A stretch of 64,000 nt of DNA from Candidatus Bathyarchaeota archaeon. GTDB taxonomy: Archaea; Thermoproteota; Bathyarchaeia; Bathyarchaeales; Bathycorpusculaceae. The notes beneath the pieces were generated by a model that did no database searches, had not been told where the DNA came from, and worked only from the letters and a program-made list of their open reading frames with translations. This document shows positions 21,453-30,568 of the stretch, in pieces. The position numbers and the translations under genes are program-made. Location: the NCBI GenBank assembly GCA_963775685.1, contig CAVZJV010000005.1:37022-101021 (forward strand), in the 5' to 3' direction. Position 1 is the first letter of the stretch. Every line of letters begins with the position of its first letter.

Positions 21453-22794
21453 TTATGCAACTGACTTAGGTATCGATTTGAATCGTGTACGTCTAAGAAT
21501 AATAACAAAGCTCACTGTCACCGCTAAAGTTGCCAAAACAAACACCAAGACAGATGGAAGGTTTCGGTTCAAAAAACCGTCTATGGGTTGTTTTAAAAGA
21601 ACCTCATTTGGAGTTGGAGAAACCAGAGCTGAGCTGTTTAGTTGAATGATCGCATTGTATTCTGGACTGCCCTCTGAGTCCAAGCGCATCTTCATAAACT
21701 ATGTCTAACTTGGAGTCATAATGCTCCAGCAGGCTGCCTAGTTCCATGCTAATTGGAGTCGACCAAGAGTCTGCTTCCCATAGACCCCAAATCTTGTCGT
21801 TTGGACCACGAAAACCATACGCGTAATCTTTTGGAAGAACAGAAGCGGTCCGGTCGATTACCTGGCTTGTTTTTCGAGGGTTTTCTTGAGAGTATTGCCA
21901 GAAGCGTTTCAAAGCGTCCAAATGGTCTTGAAGCAGAATACCGCCTGTATATTCTTTGTTTGAATTGAAAACTAAAATGTACTTTGCTCCATTGTCATAG
22001 GCTAAAACGAGATCGTTGTAGAGTTCTTCGCCTGATTCTATGTATGGCGGTTGCCTATAAGTCCAAGTTATTATGACACCCCACTGTTTGTCTTGTATAG
22101 TCGCGGCGCCCCTGCAAAGTCCGACGTTCAATTGTCGGCTGTAGTTCCAGCCAAACTGGGCTAAAAGCACATCATAACCCGCCCGATAATCAAACTCATA
22201 AAGCGCATAATCCGACGTAAACAACGTAGCGTTCGCTCCGCCTGCGTATGAGTTTCTAAACCACTCGACAGATTCTTTTGTTTTCGCATTGAACTGGCTA
22301 CTAGCGTTGGCGTAGCTGTCGGCTTTTTGAACCGTTGTCCAATGAGGATCAAGATCCAGCTGTCGCCCCCCAACCTCATCAGCATAATAAAAACCCAAAA
22401 AATGACTCCCCCAACGAGCCTTAGCGATCTCAAACCAACCTGAAACAGCGGTATTAAACCAACTATACCCCAAGGGATAGTCTTGATAGACGATGAAGAA
22501 CATGCCCTTATCGAATAGATATTGGCACGCTTCCTCCAGCTTGAGCCTGTCTTGAGTAACGCCTGTGCAACCCAAAACAAAAAGATTAGTATACGAACTG
22601 ATTTCATCAACCAACTGCTTAATCTCAGCTATGCCACCATAGGCTATGTCAACACCCACAAAAACGTTAGAATCACTTTTGGAATTTGCACCAACGGAAG
22701 GAAAAACGCCTATTATAATTGAGCTTATCAGCGTAAGAACCAAAAAGAATCCGTACCATGGAGATAGAGTCTTCATCGAACTTTCCAATGGCAT
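21453..22794 (-). CDS. secreted protein (possible TIM-barrel/glycosidase-like) with a C-terminal TM anchor; apparent frameshift near 21690
   Basis: ORF 21604-22794 has a signal/anchor N-terminus. ORF 21453-21695, in another frame, supplies a C-terminal TM helix plus basic tail (LPSVLVFVLATLAVTVSFVIILRRTRFK), like the other surface proteins here. Confidence 0.55.
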
Positions 22795-22978
22795 TAGCGT
22801 ATTTTAAAGTTGCCTGAAATCGCAGCGCACTAAAATATGACATACATTTGTGATCAATGGTTGGGCCATAGCTAAAGGCTAAAGACCTTGTTTTGGCAAA
22901 ACCTTTATTGTTAACATTTCTTTCAATTTATGTGAGGTTATTCTTATAAAAGCCGATAAATCGCTAGATTGTTTAGGT

Positions 22979-23176
22979 TTGTTCTGTCCTGAACCCGTTT
23001 TCAACACTAGATTGCAATTGGATGAGATGAAGGTTGGAGAAACTCTTGAAGTCACTGCGGATGATCCGGCAGCCAAATCTGATATTGAGAATCTTGCCAA
23101 AAACTTAGGTCACGAAGTGCTGGAAAGCAAACAAGAAGATGGTGTGACTCGGATAATAATTAAGAAGGTGAAATAG
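22979..23176 (+). CDS. tusA: TusA/SirA-like sulfur carrier protein (start uncertain)
   Basis: The CPEP motif (G-L-F-C-P-E-P) and a small alpha/beta fold pattern. The conserved LDCLGL lies upstream of the TTG at 22979 in an open frame (from 22883) that has no canonical start. Confidence 0.7.
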   Translation: MFCPEPVFNTRLQLDEMKVGETLEVTADDPAAKSDIENLAKNLGHEVLESKQEDGVTRIIIKKVK

Positions 23177-23197
23177 TCAAACAAGAGGGGACATAAT

Positions 23198-24385
23198 TTG
23201 GACGACATTGGTAAAAGAAGAATTTATATGGATTACTCAGCTGGAAAACCAGTTGATCCACGTGTAACCGATGCAATGGTGCCTTTCTTTAATTCACACT
23301 ACGGAAATCCATCGTCAGTGCATACGTTGGGACAGGAAGCAAAGCAGGCATTGGAAAAAAGCAGAGAAATCGTCGCACAATTAATAAACTCCGAGAAACC
23401 TGAAGCTATAGTTTTCACTTCAGGCGCGACAGAGAGCAACAATTTAGCAATTCGAGGTACAGCTGGCCGAAATAAAAGTCGCGGAAACAAAGTCATAACA
23501 TCCAGCGTAGAGCATATGTCAGTTGTTAACCCTTGTAAATTAATGATCCGAAACGGATTCCAAGTAGCTTTCTTGCCTGTGGACAAATTTGGGGTTTTGG
23601 ATTTAGAAAAGCTTGAAACAGAGTTGAATGATCAAACTACACTTGTTTCAATCGTTTACGCAAACCCTGAAATAGGAACTATTGAGCCGATTAAAGAGAT
23701 TAGCAAAATAGTGCATGCGAAAAAGGCTTTTCTACATGTTGATGCCACGGCAGCTTCAGGTCAAGTGCCCATTGATGTGCAAGATGAAAACATAGATCTC
23801 TTGACTTTATCAAGTAATGATATGTATGGACCAAAAGGCGTCGGAGCATTATACATTAAACCAGGCACCACGATAGAGCCCATAAATCAAGGTGGCGGTC
23901 AGGAACGTGGATTGCGGTCAGGAACAGAAAACATACCTGGTGTCGTGGGGTTTGCTAAAGCTGCAGAAATTGCCAAAAACGAAATGACTAATGAAAGTAA
24001 AAGATTGATCTTGCTCCGCAACAAACTAATTGAAGGCCTTATCGAGCCTATACCAAATTCATATCTTAACGGTCATCCAACCCAAAGGTTACCCGATAAT
24101 GTGTCAGTTAGATATAGCTTCATAGAGGGCGAGTCAATACTTTTGAGTTTAGACATTATGGGCGTTTTTGCATCATCTGGCTCAGCATGTGCCGCAAAAA
24201 CTTTGCAGCCCTCACATGTTTTGCTGGCTTTGGGCCTAGAACCTGAGGATGCACATGGTTCTTTGATGCTGACTTTGGGAAGGGAAAATACTCAAGAGGA
24301 TGCGGATAAATTAAAAAGTATCATGCCGGGTATTGTTAAGAGACTAAGAGATATGTCTCCTCTAACTCCTAAGGAGTTGAAATAA
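23198..24385 (+). CDS. iscS: cysteine desulfurase (NifS/IscS class)
   Basis: IYMDYSAGKPVDPRV, FTSGATESNN, a PLP-lysine region (SSNDMYGPKG), RSGTENIPG and the active-site loop SSGSACA. Confidence 0.9.
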   Translation: MDDIGKRRIYMDYSAGKPVDPRVTDAMVPFFNSHYGNPSSVHTLGQEAKQALEKSREIVAQLINSEKPEAIVFTSGATESNNLAIRGTAGRNKSRGNKVITSSVEHMSVVNPCKLMIRNGFQVAFLPVDKFGVLDLEKLETELNDQTTLVSIVYANPEIGTIEPIKEISKIVHAKKAFLHVDATAASGQVPIDVQDENIDLLTLSSNDMYGPKGVGALYIKPGTTIEPINQGGGQERGLRSGTENIPGVVGFAKAAEIAKNEMTNESKRLILLRNKLIEGLIEPIPNSYLNGHPTQRLPDNVSVRYSFIEGESILLSLDIMGVFASSGSACAAKTLQPSHVLLALGLEPEDAHGSLMLTLGRENTQEDADKLKSIMPGIVKRLRDMSPLTPKELK

Positions 24386-24387
24386 TT

Positions 24388-24777
24388 ATGTATTCTGAAA
24401 AAGTGATGGAACATTTTAAAAAACCTCAAAATATGGGTGAAATTCCAGATGCCGATGGTGTGGGTTCAGTTGGAAACCCCACTTGCGGAGACCTAATGAC
24501 GATGTACATTAAAGTCAAAGAAGACCGAATTGAAGACGTTAAATTCAAAACATACGGTTGCGGAGCCGCCATTGCTACAAGCAGTATGACCACTGAACTC
24601 GCAAAAGGAAAAACTGTGGATGAGGCAATGAAAATAACTCGCGCGAGTGTAGCTGACTCACTTGGAGGTCTCCCAGCCGTAAAAATGCATTGCTCAAACT
24701 TGGCAGCTGATGCACTCCATGCCGCCATCGAGGACTATAAACAAAAGCAGAAAAGTAAAGAAGAGGTGGAAGAATGA
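24388..24777 (+). CDS. iscU: Fe-S cluster scaffold IscU/NifU-like
   Basis: GNPTCGD, KTYGCGAAIA and MHCSNLA provide the three conserved Cys ligands. The gene starts 2 nt after the desulfurase stop. Confidence 0.9.
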   Translation: MYSEKVMEHFKKPQNMGEIPDADGVGSVGNPTCGDLMTMYIKVKEDRIEDVKFKTYGCGAAIATSSMTTELAKGKTVDEAMKITRASVADSLGGLPAVKMHCSNLAADALHAAIEDYKQKQKSKEEVEE

Positions 24778-24929
24778 AAAAAGAAACCGCCAAGTGCAAA
24801 TGTTGCGATACCGAAATTTCGGGAGAACCTTGTGAGCTTGCAGCTTACACTACCGAAGTAGATGGAAAAACAGTCAGCTTTTGTTGTCAAAATTGTGCAC
24901 CACAGGAAAAGAAGGTGATAAAAAAATGA
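24774..24929 (+). CDS. 50-aa Cys-rich TRASH/YHS-like metal-binding mini-protein (below the ORF-track cutoff)
   Basis: MKKETAKCKCCDTEISGEPCELAAYTTEVDGKTVSFCCQNCAPQEKKVIKK. There are ATGA overlaps with both neighbours (24774-24777 and 24926-24929). Confidence 0.5.
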   Translation: MKKETAKCKCCDTEISGEPCELAAYTTEVDGKTVSFCCQNCAPQEKKVIKK

Positions 24930-25346
24930 GTGAAAAAAAGAAATTAGCTTTAGTTGTTCAAAGTGGAACAATCGATAAACTATATTGCGCTTTCATTTTG
25001 GCATCCACATCTGTAGCCATGGGCTGGGAAGCGCACTTATACTTCACATTTTGGGGATTGCAAAGTCTAGGCAAAGGGGGCCATGGAAAAAGCAGTGTTA
25101 CCCGGAGACTACAAACATCTGGAAGAGACTATGCGAAAGAATTTAGAACGTATGAAATACCCCTCGCCTTACGATATGCTCAAGCGCATCAAGCAATCTG
25201 GTCTATGCACGATTTACGCATGTACTCCAACCATGGAAATGTTTGGAATCAAAAGAGAAGATCTGATTCCTGAAGTTGATAGCATGGTTGGCGCTGCAAC
25301 CTTCCTCGACATCGCCGCTGGCGCAGACGTTTCAATGTTCATATGA
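24926..25346 (+). CDS. DsrE/DsrF-like (COG2210-type) sulfur-relay protein, frameshifted at a G5 run (25076-25080)
   Basis: The N-terminal part MSEKKKLALVVQSGTIDKLYCAFILASTSVAMGWEAHLYFTFWGL continues in another frame as AVLPGDYKH...LCTIYACTPTMEMFGIKREDLIPEVDSMVGAATFLD, which is a single family-typical protein. Confidence 0.7.
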
Positions 25347-25603
25347 TCAGCTAATCTTAAAGAACGGCCATTCATACAAACAAACAACAGCTACAATATC
25401 AAAACACAACTTTTTATTCAGAAGTTGAGAGCAACGGCTATTTGATTGATCTAAACAGAATGCTATTCAAAACAAAAAAATTATGCTAACTCAATTTAGC
25501 AGACAATCTTTTTTTATTTAATCAAAATATTTAACCAGCCCATTTTAACGTAAAAGTTAAATGTCAAGTAAGGATTTAGAAGTTTATTCTTGAAGGTAAT
25601 TCT

Positions 25604-26833
25604 ATGGCAAACAATAAACCTCTACAAGTATCCAAAGACATCTTTTGGGTCGGAGTCAACGATTCCGAAACCCCCCTCTTTGAGGGACTTTGGAGCATAC
25701 CTGAAGGCGTTTCATACAACTCATATCTAGTTAAAGGCTCAGAGAAAACTGCTCTAATCGATAGCGTTCACGAAAAAAAAACTCAAGAGCATCTCGAAAA
25801 AATAAGCCAAATAACAGACCTCTCCAAAATAGACTATTTAATCATCAATCACATGGAACCCGACCATACAAGTGCAATTCCAACGTTCCTGCAAAAAGCA
25901 CCCAACGTCCAAATAGTCTATACCCCAGTCGCCCAAAGCATCTTCAAAAAATTCTACGGAATCACCCCCCAAGCAATCATTGCTAAAGGCGACGATATGA
26001 CAATTTCTTTGGGAAACAAGACGCTGCATTTTATTCAAACGCCGTGGCTTCATTGGCCCGAAACCATGAGCACCTACATACCAGAAGATAAAGTTCTATT
26101 TTGTTGCGATGCCTTCGGAGCGTTCAAAAAGCTACCGCAAGGAGCCATAATGGAATCAGATATTGACATGGACAAACAGAACGTTTGCGGATGCTCTCAG
26201 AAATATTTTGCTTCCGTCTTCAACGGACAAAAAGAATGGGTTCAAAAGGCCATCGAGAAATTTGAAAAAATGAATCTACAGATTGATGTTTTAGCACCAA
26301 GTCATGGTCCAGTATATACCCAAACAGTAAAGGAAACATTAAGTCGATGGGCTGGCTGGAGTAAAGGCACCTACAAAAAAACAGTCATCATCGTTTACTG
26401 CTCTATGTATGGGATGACAGCCAAGTGCCTAAGCGCCTTAGCTGACGGTATCACAGAAGCAGGGGGTACGGTGAAAAGCTTTAATCTCTCAGAAGCCAAG
26501 CCAGTTGATGCCTTAACAGCTCTTGTTGAAGCTCCTGCAATGATTGTTGGAACACCCACCTATGAACACGAGATCTTCCCCAAAGTTGCAGATTTCATAA
26601 ATTTGCTTAGGACAAAAAAATTTTCCAACAGGTGTGCCGCGGTTTTCGGGAGTTTTGGCTGGAGTGGAGAAGCAACAAGAAAAACAGTTTCTGAACTTTC
26701 TACTTTGGGATTTGAAATGGTGGGGGAACCGCTTCCAATATATGGAAGCCCAACAAATGATGATCTTCAGAAGGCACGACAAATGGGCAAAGCAGTCGCA
26801 GAAAAAGCCTTTTCCATGAACAATGAAAAATAA
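25604..26833 (+). CDS. fprA: flavodiiron protein (FprA-type O2/NO reductase)
   Basis: Metallo-beta-lactamase-like domain with HMEPDHTS (HxExDH), followed by a flavodoxin-like domain (VIIVYCSMYGMT...GTPTYEHE). Confidence 0.9.
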   Translation: MANNKPLQVSKDIFWVGVNDSETPLFEGLWSIPEGVSYNSYLVKGSEKTALIDSVHEKKTQEHLEKISQITDLSKIDYLIINHMEPDHTSAIPTFLQKAPNVQIVYTPVAQSIFKKFYGITPQAIIAKGDDMTISLGNKTLHFIQTPWLHWPETMSTYIPEDKVLFCCDAFGAFKKLPQGAIMESDIDMDKQNVCGCSQKYFASVFNGQKEWVQKAIEKFEKMNLQIDVLAPSHGPVYTQTVKETLSRWAGWSKGTYKKTVIIVYCSMYGMTAKCLSALADGITEAGGTVKSFNLSEAKPVDALTALVEAPAMIVGTPTYEHEIFPKVADFINLLRTKKFSNRCAAVFGSFGWSGEATRKTVSELSTLGFEMVGEPLPIYGSPTNDDLQKARQMGKAVAEKAFSMNNEK

Positions 26834-27033
26834 GCACACTACAAAAATCTGTTTTGTCAGCACAATTTTTTTTATAGATCAAGATTCTTAGTGTGCAAAT
26901 TTTTTAATTTTGATTGAAGAAAAAATGTTGAGAAAAATATTATAAAAAAGGTAAAAATATAAAGGTAAATATGGTAGAATTGGTTGGCAACTTGAGCAGA
27001 TTTGAGTCTGGCTGTATTTGAGAAAAGCTTGTT

Positions 27034-27318
27034 CTACCGTGGAGTATTTTCTTTAAGTTTTTGTTTTGATTTCTCGATTATTTCACAGATTAGACCTGCG
27101 GTGTCGTCAAGCATTTTCTTGAGTTTCTTCATGTCTTCTTCAACAATTTCTCGGTTTTCTAGAAGCGGGTAGACGCTCACGTGTATTAGGTCGAATGTGG
27201 CTTTTATGTCAATTTTTCCGGTCCTTTTTTGATCCATGACCGACTTTAGTATTTTTTCTCTTTTTGCGATTTCCTCAATCTTTAACTTGGGTTTATCGCT
27301 ACTTAGGCTTCTGCTCAT
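27034..27318 (-). CDS. 94-aa helical K/E-rich protein, last gene of the five-gene module
   Basis: Its ATG at 27318 directly abuts the stop (27319-27321) of the upstream gene. No motif recognised. Confidence 0.5.
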   Translation of the reverse strand: MSRSLSSDKPKLKIEEIAKREKILKSVMDQKRTGKIDIKATFDLIHVSVYPLLENREIVEEDMKKLKKMLDDTAGLICEIIEKSKQKLKENTPR

Positions 27319-28506
27319 TTACATAACCACCTCAATCTCTGGAATTTTCATTCCACATAAGTTTAATCCCTTGATTTTGATTCCTTTTAAGACTAAGTTT
27401 AAGTCCAGCTGGTTGGCAATTGCGGAATCTGTGGTAACTGATCCGTTAAGATTTGAAAATTCCAAGCCACCTTTGACTCTCATTATCATTTTGGTGATAT
27501 GAAGAGTTAATGCCCCGGTAATGTGGGCTCTGTCTGCGTCGCCGTGGAGGGCAACTCCTGCGCCATACATTTTTTTGGAAGTTGATATTGTCACTGGAGT
27601 CGTAGATTGTGCCTCGAACGCTTGGGTGGTGACAGAAGGAATTGTAACATTTAAGGCAGTTATGTTTTTCATTGAAGCTTGTGGGCTTGAAATTCCAGTT
27701 GAATCCATTTCATCTATACTTGTTTGATCCGTTGCTATGTCGTTAGGACCCATGGGATTGGGTACAGGTAGACAAAGTCCAATGCTAATTCCCAGAGGCG
27801 TATCAATAGGAATACTGGTGCATTTCATTTGAATATTTTCAGCGGTAACTTGGTCGATCTTTGTTCCTCTTATCGGATCAGGCGTCATTGAGAACGGACC
27901 AATAGAAGTCAAGGAAGAAAGCATTGAAAATTGGCCAGTGCCAAACAAAACATCTCCCAAAGAATGTTTCTCAACATAAGAATCAAAATCCACCCCACCT
28001 GAGACGCCATAACAAAAATCTGACCAACAGATAGGCCAAGGCAGATCAATGTTACCTGAAAAGGTCGTGCTAATGGATAAAGTAATTTCTAACTCTACAT
28101 TTTTTGCTTTGCAGGAATCATACTTAAAGGTCCCGCTAAAGTTTTTCAATCGAAGGCTTGGAATCGATATTTGCCCAATCTCTATTTCAGCAACAGAGAG
28201 AGGCCCGCCAATGCTGGAAGCAATTTCTGACTGCGGTATAACTGCGCGGGTCGTAACCTTTTCTTGTCTAGGCCGACAGCGCATCGTAGGCGGAGGGCAA
28301 TCGCAGCCTTTTGATGGTATCTTTGGTAAGTCAAAGCAAACTTTTTCTGTTTTTACATCTATTTTGGGTAAGTTTAGACATACTTTTTGAGTTTCGATGT
28401 TTGGCACTGGGATACAGATTTTTTGGTCTGTTGTGGTAGCGACAGAAGTTACTTCTTTGGAAATATTCTCTGGCAAAACTTTTTTTGTTCTCGAGCTTTT
28501 GCTCAA
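27319..28506 (-). CDS. 395-aa Cys-rich protein with an N-terminal tandem [QE]-K-[IV]-C-x-x-[VL]-P-x-I motif; unknown function
   Basis: No signal peptide or TM helix. Three motif copies are followed by CDCPPPTMRC, then a long S/T/G-rich beta-type body. I recognise no family. Confidence 0.6.
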   Translation of the reverse strand: MSKSSRTKKVLPENISKEVTSVATTTDQKICIPVPNIETQKVCLNLPKIDVKTEKVCFDLPKIPSKGCDCPPPTMRCRPRQEKVTTRAVIPQSEIASSIGGPLSVAEIEIGQISIPSLRLKNFSGTFKYDSCKAKNVELEITLSISTTFSGNIDLPWPICWSDFCYGVSGGVDFDSYVEKHSLGDVLFGTGQFSMLSSLTSIGPFSMTPDPIRGTKIDQVTAENIQMKCTSIPIDTPLGISIGLCLPVPNPMGPNDIATDQTSIDEMDSTGISSPQASMKNITALNVTIPSVTTQAFEAQSTTPVTISTSKKMYGAGVALHGDADRAHITGALTLHITKMIMRVKGGLEFSNLNGSVTTDSAIANQLDLNLVLKGIKIKGLNLCGMKIPEIEVVM

Positions 28507-28609
28507 TTGCTTGACCCCATTTCTATGTATGACTTATTGTTATTTATCGTTTTTGTTAAGATGCTCGATTGGTAAATAACGATGAGAACTATAGACGTTT
28601 TTACTGTTG

Positions 28610-29008
28610 CTAACGTAGTTTATATGTTAAGAAGTAGAATCGAGGTGACATTCTTGAAAGACGTAATATCTGCTCAAAAATTTTATAGCATTTTAGCAGT
28701 GTTGCGGGTTCTCCAAATGCCTCAATTTTCCCTGATTGAAGTGCGTTGTCGAGGGTAATTCTGCCTTCAAGAAGGTCAAACAGGCCTATCCTCGAAAGGA
28801 TTATGTGTACATCAATTTTTTTGGGTTTATTTTTTTCTCCGATAACAACGTCGTCAGAGGTGACGTGAATTACAGTAATCTCATTGTCGAGAGTTTGAAG
28901 CCAAGTTAAGCCTTGAGTATCCTTGACAATTTTTTGGAAGTACAGTGGATAATCTTGTTTCATTAACGCTATTAGTTCTCTAAGAAACTGTTCAAGCTTC
29001 AATTGCAT
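28610..29008 (-). CDS. SCP2 (sterol-carrier-protein-2)-like lipid-binding domain protein
   Basis: The C-terminal GLFDLLEGRITLDNALQSGKIEAFGEPATLLK matches the SCP2 signature region. The ORF extends to 29080, but the ATG at 29008 limits the overlap with the upstream gene to 17 nt. Confidence 0.55.
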   Translation of the reverse strand: MQLKLEQFLRELIALMKQDYPLYFQKIVKDTQGLTWLQTLDNEITVIHVTSDDVVIGEKNKPKKIDVHIILSRIGLFDLLEGRITLDNALQSGKIEAFGEPATLLKCYKIFEQILRLSRMSPRFYFLTYKLR

Positions 29009-30119
29009 AGCTGTTAACCCTCTTTCGTGGTCGAACTGACTCAAACCAGCAAGGAAGAACAGAATCATATTTTTGGCCATTTATCTTCCCCCTGAGGTCT
29101 GCTTCACAGAACATTTCGTTGAAAACAACTTCTGAAGGACTCATGAGACTAGCGTTGACTACACTGCACACAGCTTTGGGGGTAAATGTAATTTTAAGTT
29201 TGTCGGCACCCTTAGAAGCGGCAAATGTCAAGTTCTTCGATATTGCAGGATGGTAATCTGGATAAAGCAATTGTGTAATTGCCGGCATAATGCTCAGGTT
29301 ACCATCATACTTCCCTTTTGTGGCTATTTGCATTTCTGCGTTATCAAAGAATTGTTTTTTCCCACTCTTGCTTTCAAAAAAGACTCCGCCATAGGAAAGA
29401 TCGTCTGTGTCTCCGTAACGATAAATAAGAAAGTCTATCCTCTCCGGCTCCTGGGCAGCTAAGGGATCACAAAAGATGACGCCAGTGTCCCAGCCCCAAG
29501 TCGTTCCTATGTCGAAACATCCACCTTCATGGTCCTGATACCCCTGGCTAGTTTTAATTTGATAAGTTTTTTTGTCGAGCTGTAATTTTCCTTTAACAAG
29601 TAATCTTGGTAGCTCCACCCAGTTTTCCCATTGGCGGTTCATTTCTTGGGCAGCCAGAAGCATCTTTGCTTTAGGATCTTGCACTTTGAGCACATCAATA
29701 AATATGTCTTTGTCCGTTACGGGAGGCAGAGCAACCTTAAAATTAAGGTCAAATGAAGTTTGCTCCATCTTCCCTATAACTTTGAAAGAATTGTCTTTTA
29801 GCAAATTCACCGAGAAACTTTCACCAATAAAGTTTGGGTTGTAGGATGAAACCTCAAGATGATTCATGGGTATTAGCTTTATTTCAGAATAAATCTTTCC
29901 AGTGGGGTCGACAATGTACGCAAGTACTGAGCCCCAACCTCGTTTCGAATCGTAAGGATTGCCATGTATTCCAAAGTTTAAAAGACCGAATACCCGTTTT
30001 TTCCGGTCAAAAAACACGAAATCATGCCATTCCTGGTATAAGCTAACTTTTGTGTCAAAGATTGAGGGTAGAGTAAAAGCATCGACGCTGGCCGTGTCTT
30101 CTACACGGTATAAAGTCAT
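28992..30119 (-). CDS. 375-aa beta-rich protein resembling the CrtC/AttH, tocopherol-cyclase and DUF2804 group
   Basis: The SQGYQDHEGGCFDIGTTWGWDTGVIF segment resembles the D-H-x-W-G...W-x-W region of these lipocalin-like hydratases/cyclases. This assignment is from memory of family signatures, not a search. Confidence 0.45.
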   Translation of the reverse strand: MTLYRVEDTASVDAFTLPSIFDTKVSLYQEWHDFVFFDRKKRVFGLLNFGIHGNPYDSKRGWGSVLAYIVDPTGKIYSEIKLIPMNHLEVSSYNPNFIGESFSVNLLKDNSFKVIGKMEQTSFDLNFKVALPPVTDKDIFIDVLKVQDPKAKMLLAAQEMNRQWENWVELPRLLVKGKLQLDKKTYQIKTSQGYQDHEGGCFDIGTTWGWDTGVIFCDPLAAQEPERIDFLIYRYGDTDDLSYGGVFFESKSGKKQFFDNAEMQIATKGKYDGNLSIMPAITQLLYPDYHPAISKNLTFAASKGADKLKITFTPKAVCSVVNASLMSPSEVVFNEMFCEADLRGKINGQKYDSVLPCWFESVRPRKRVNSYAIEA

Positions 30120-30553
30120 TAGGACGACGGCTCGATGTTAGTCTCTTCAGGATTCGGAGCAGCTTTTTCTATGATATCAACAGCCCTATTGGAAACTTTT
30201 TGCACAAGAGTTAAGAGCTCTGTATTGAATTGGATATAAAGACGCATCATGTCAGCAACAGAGTTGCTCACAAGCTCGGTCATTTCTTCGTTGTCTAGTT
30301 TGCCCATACGGGCGGTCACTTTGCTCAATCTTTGAGCTGTCTGAACAGTGTTGTTAACTGAAGCCTGAGTTAACTTGGTTAGTTGGTCTTTGTACTCAGG
30401 ATTGTTTAGGGTAGAAACGATTTGGTCAATGGCTTTCTGCACAGTTTTTGGGTTTGGCATTACTGTTTTGGGATTTGCTTCTGCGGCATTTTTGGTCCTT
30501 GCACTTGCTTTTTTGGTTGTTTGAGCGCTCATTGTTATCTCCACTTTCATCAT
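30119..30553 (-). CDS. 144-aa all-helical A/K/Q/T-rich phasin-like protein
   Basis: Low-complexity basic N-terminus followed by amphipathic helices. Its stop overlaps the next start (TAATG at 30119). An alternative start lies at 30532. Confidence 0.5.
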   Translation of the reverse strand: MMKVEITMSAQTTKKASARTKNAAEANPKTVMPNPKTVQKAIDQIVSTLNNPEYKDQLTKLTQASVNNTVQTAQRLSKVTARMGKLDNEEMTELVSNSVADMMRLYIQFNTELLTLVQKVSNRAVDIIEKAAPNPEETNIEPSS

Positions 30554-30568
30554 CTCTGTTGGTTGTAT

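Noticed and set aside
22161-22722. 149-aa minus-strand ORF and 66-aa plus-strand ORF inside 21453-22794
   Set aside because: They are alternative frames of a longer coherent secreted-protein gene.
24426-24971. Minus-strand ORFs (100, 74 and 78 aa) overlapping iscU and the downstream genes
   Set aside because: They lie antisense to strongly supported genes and carry no motifs.
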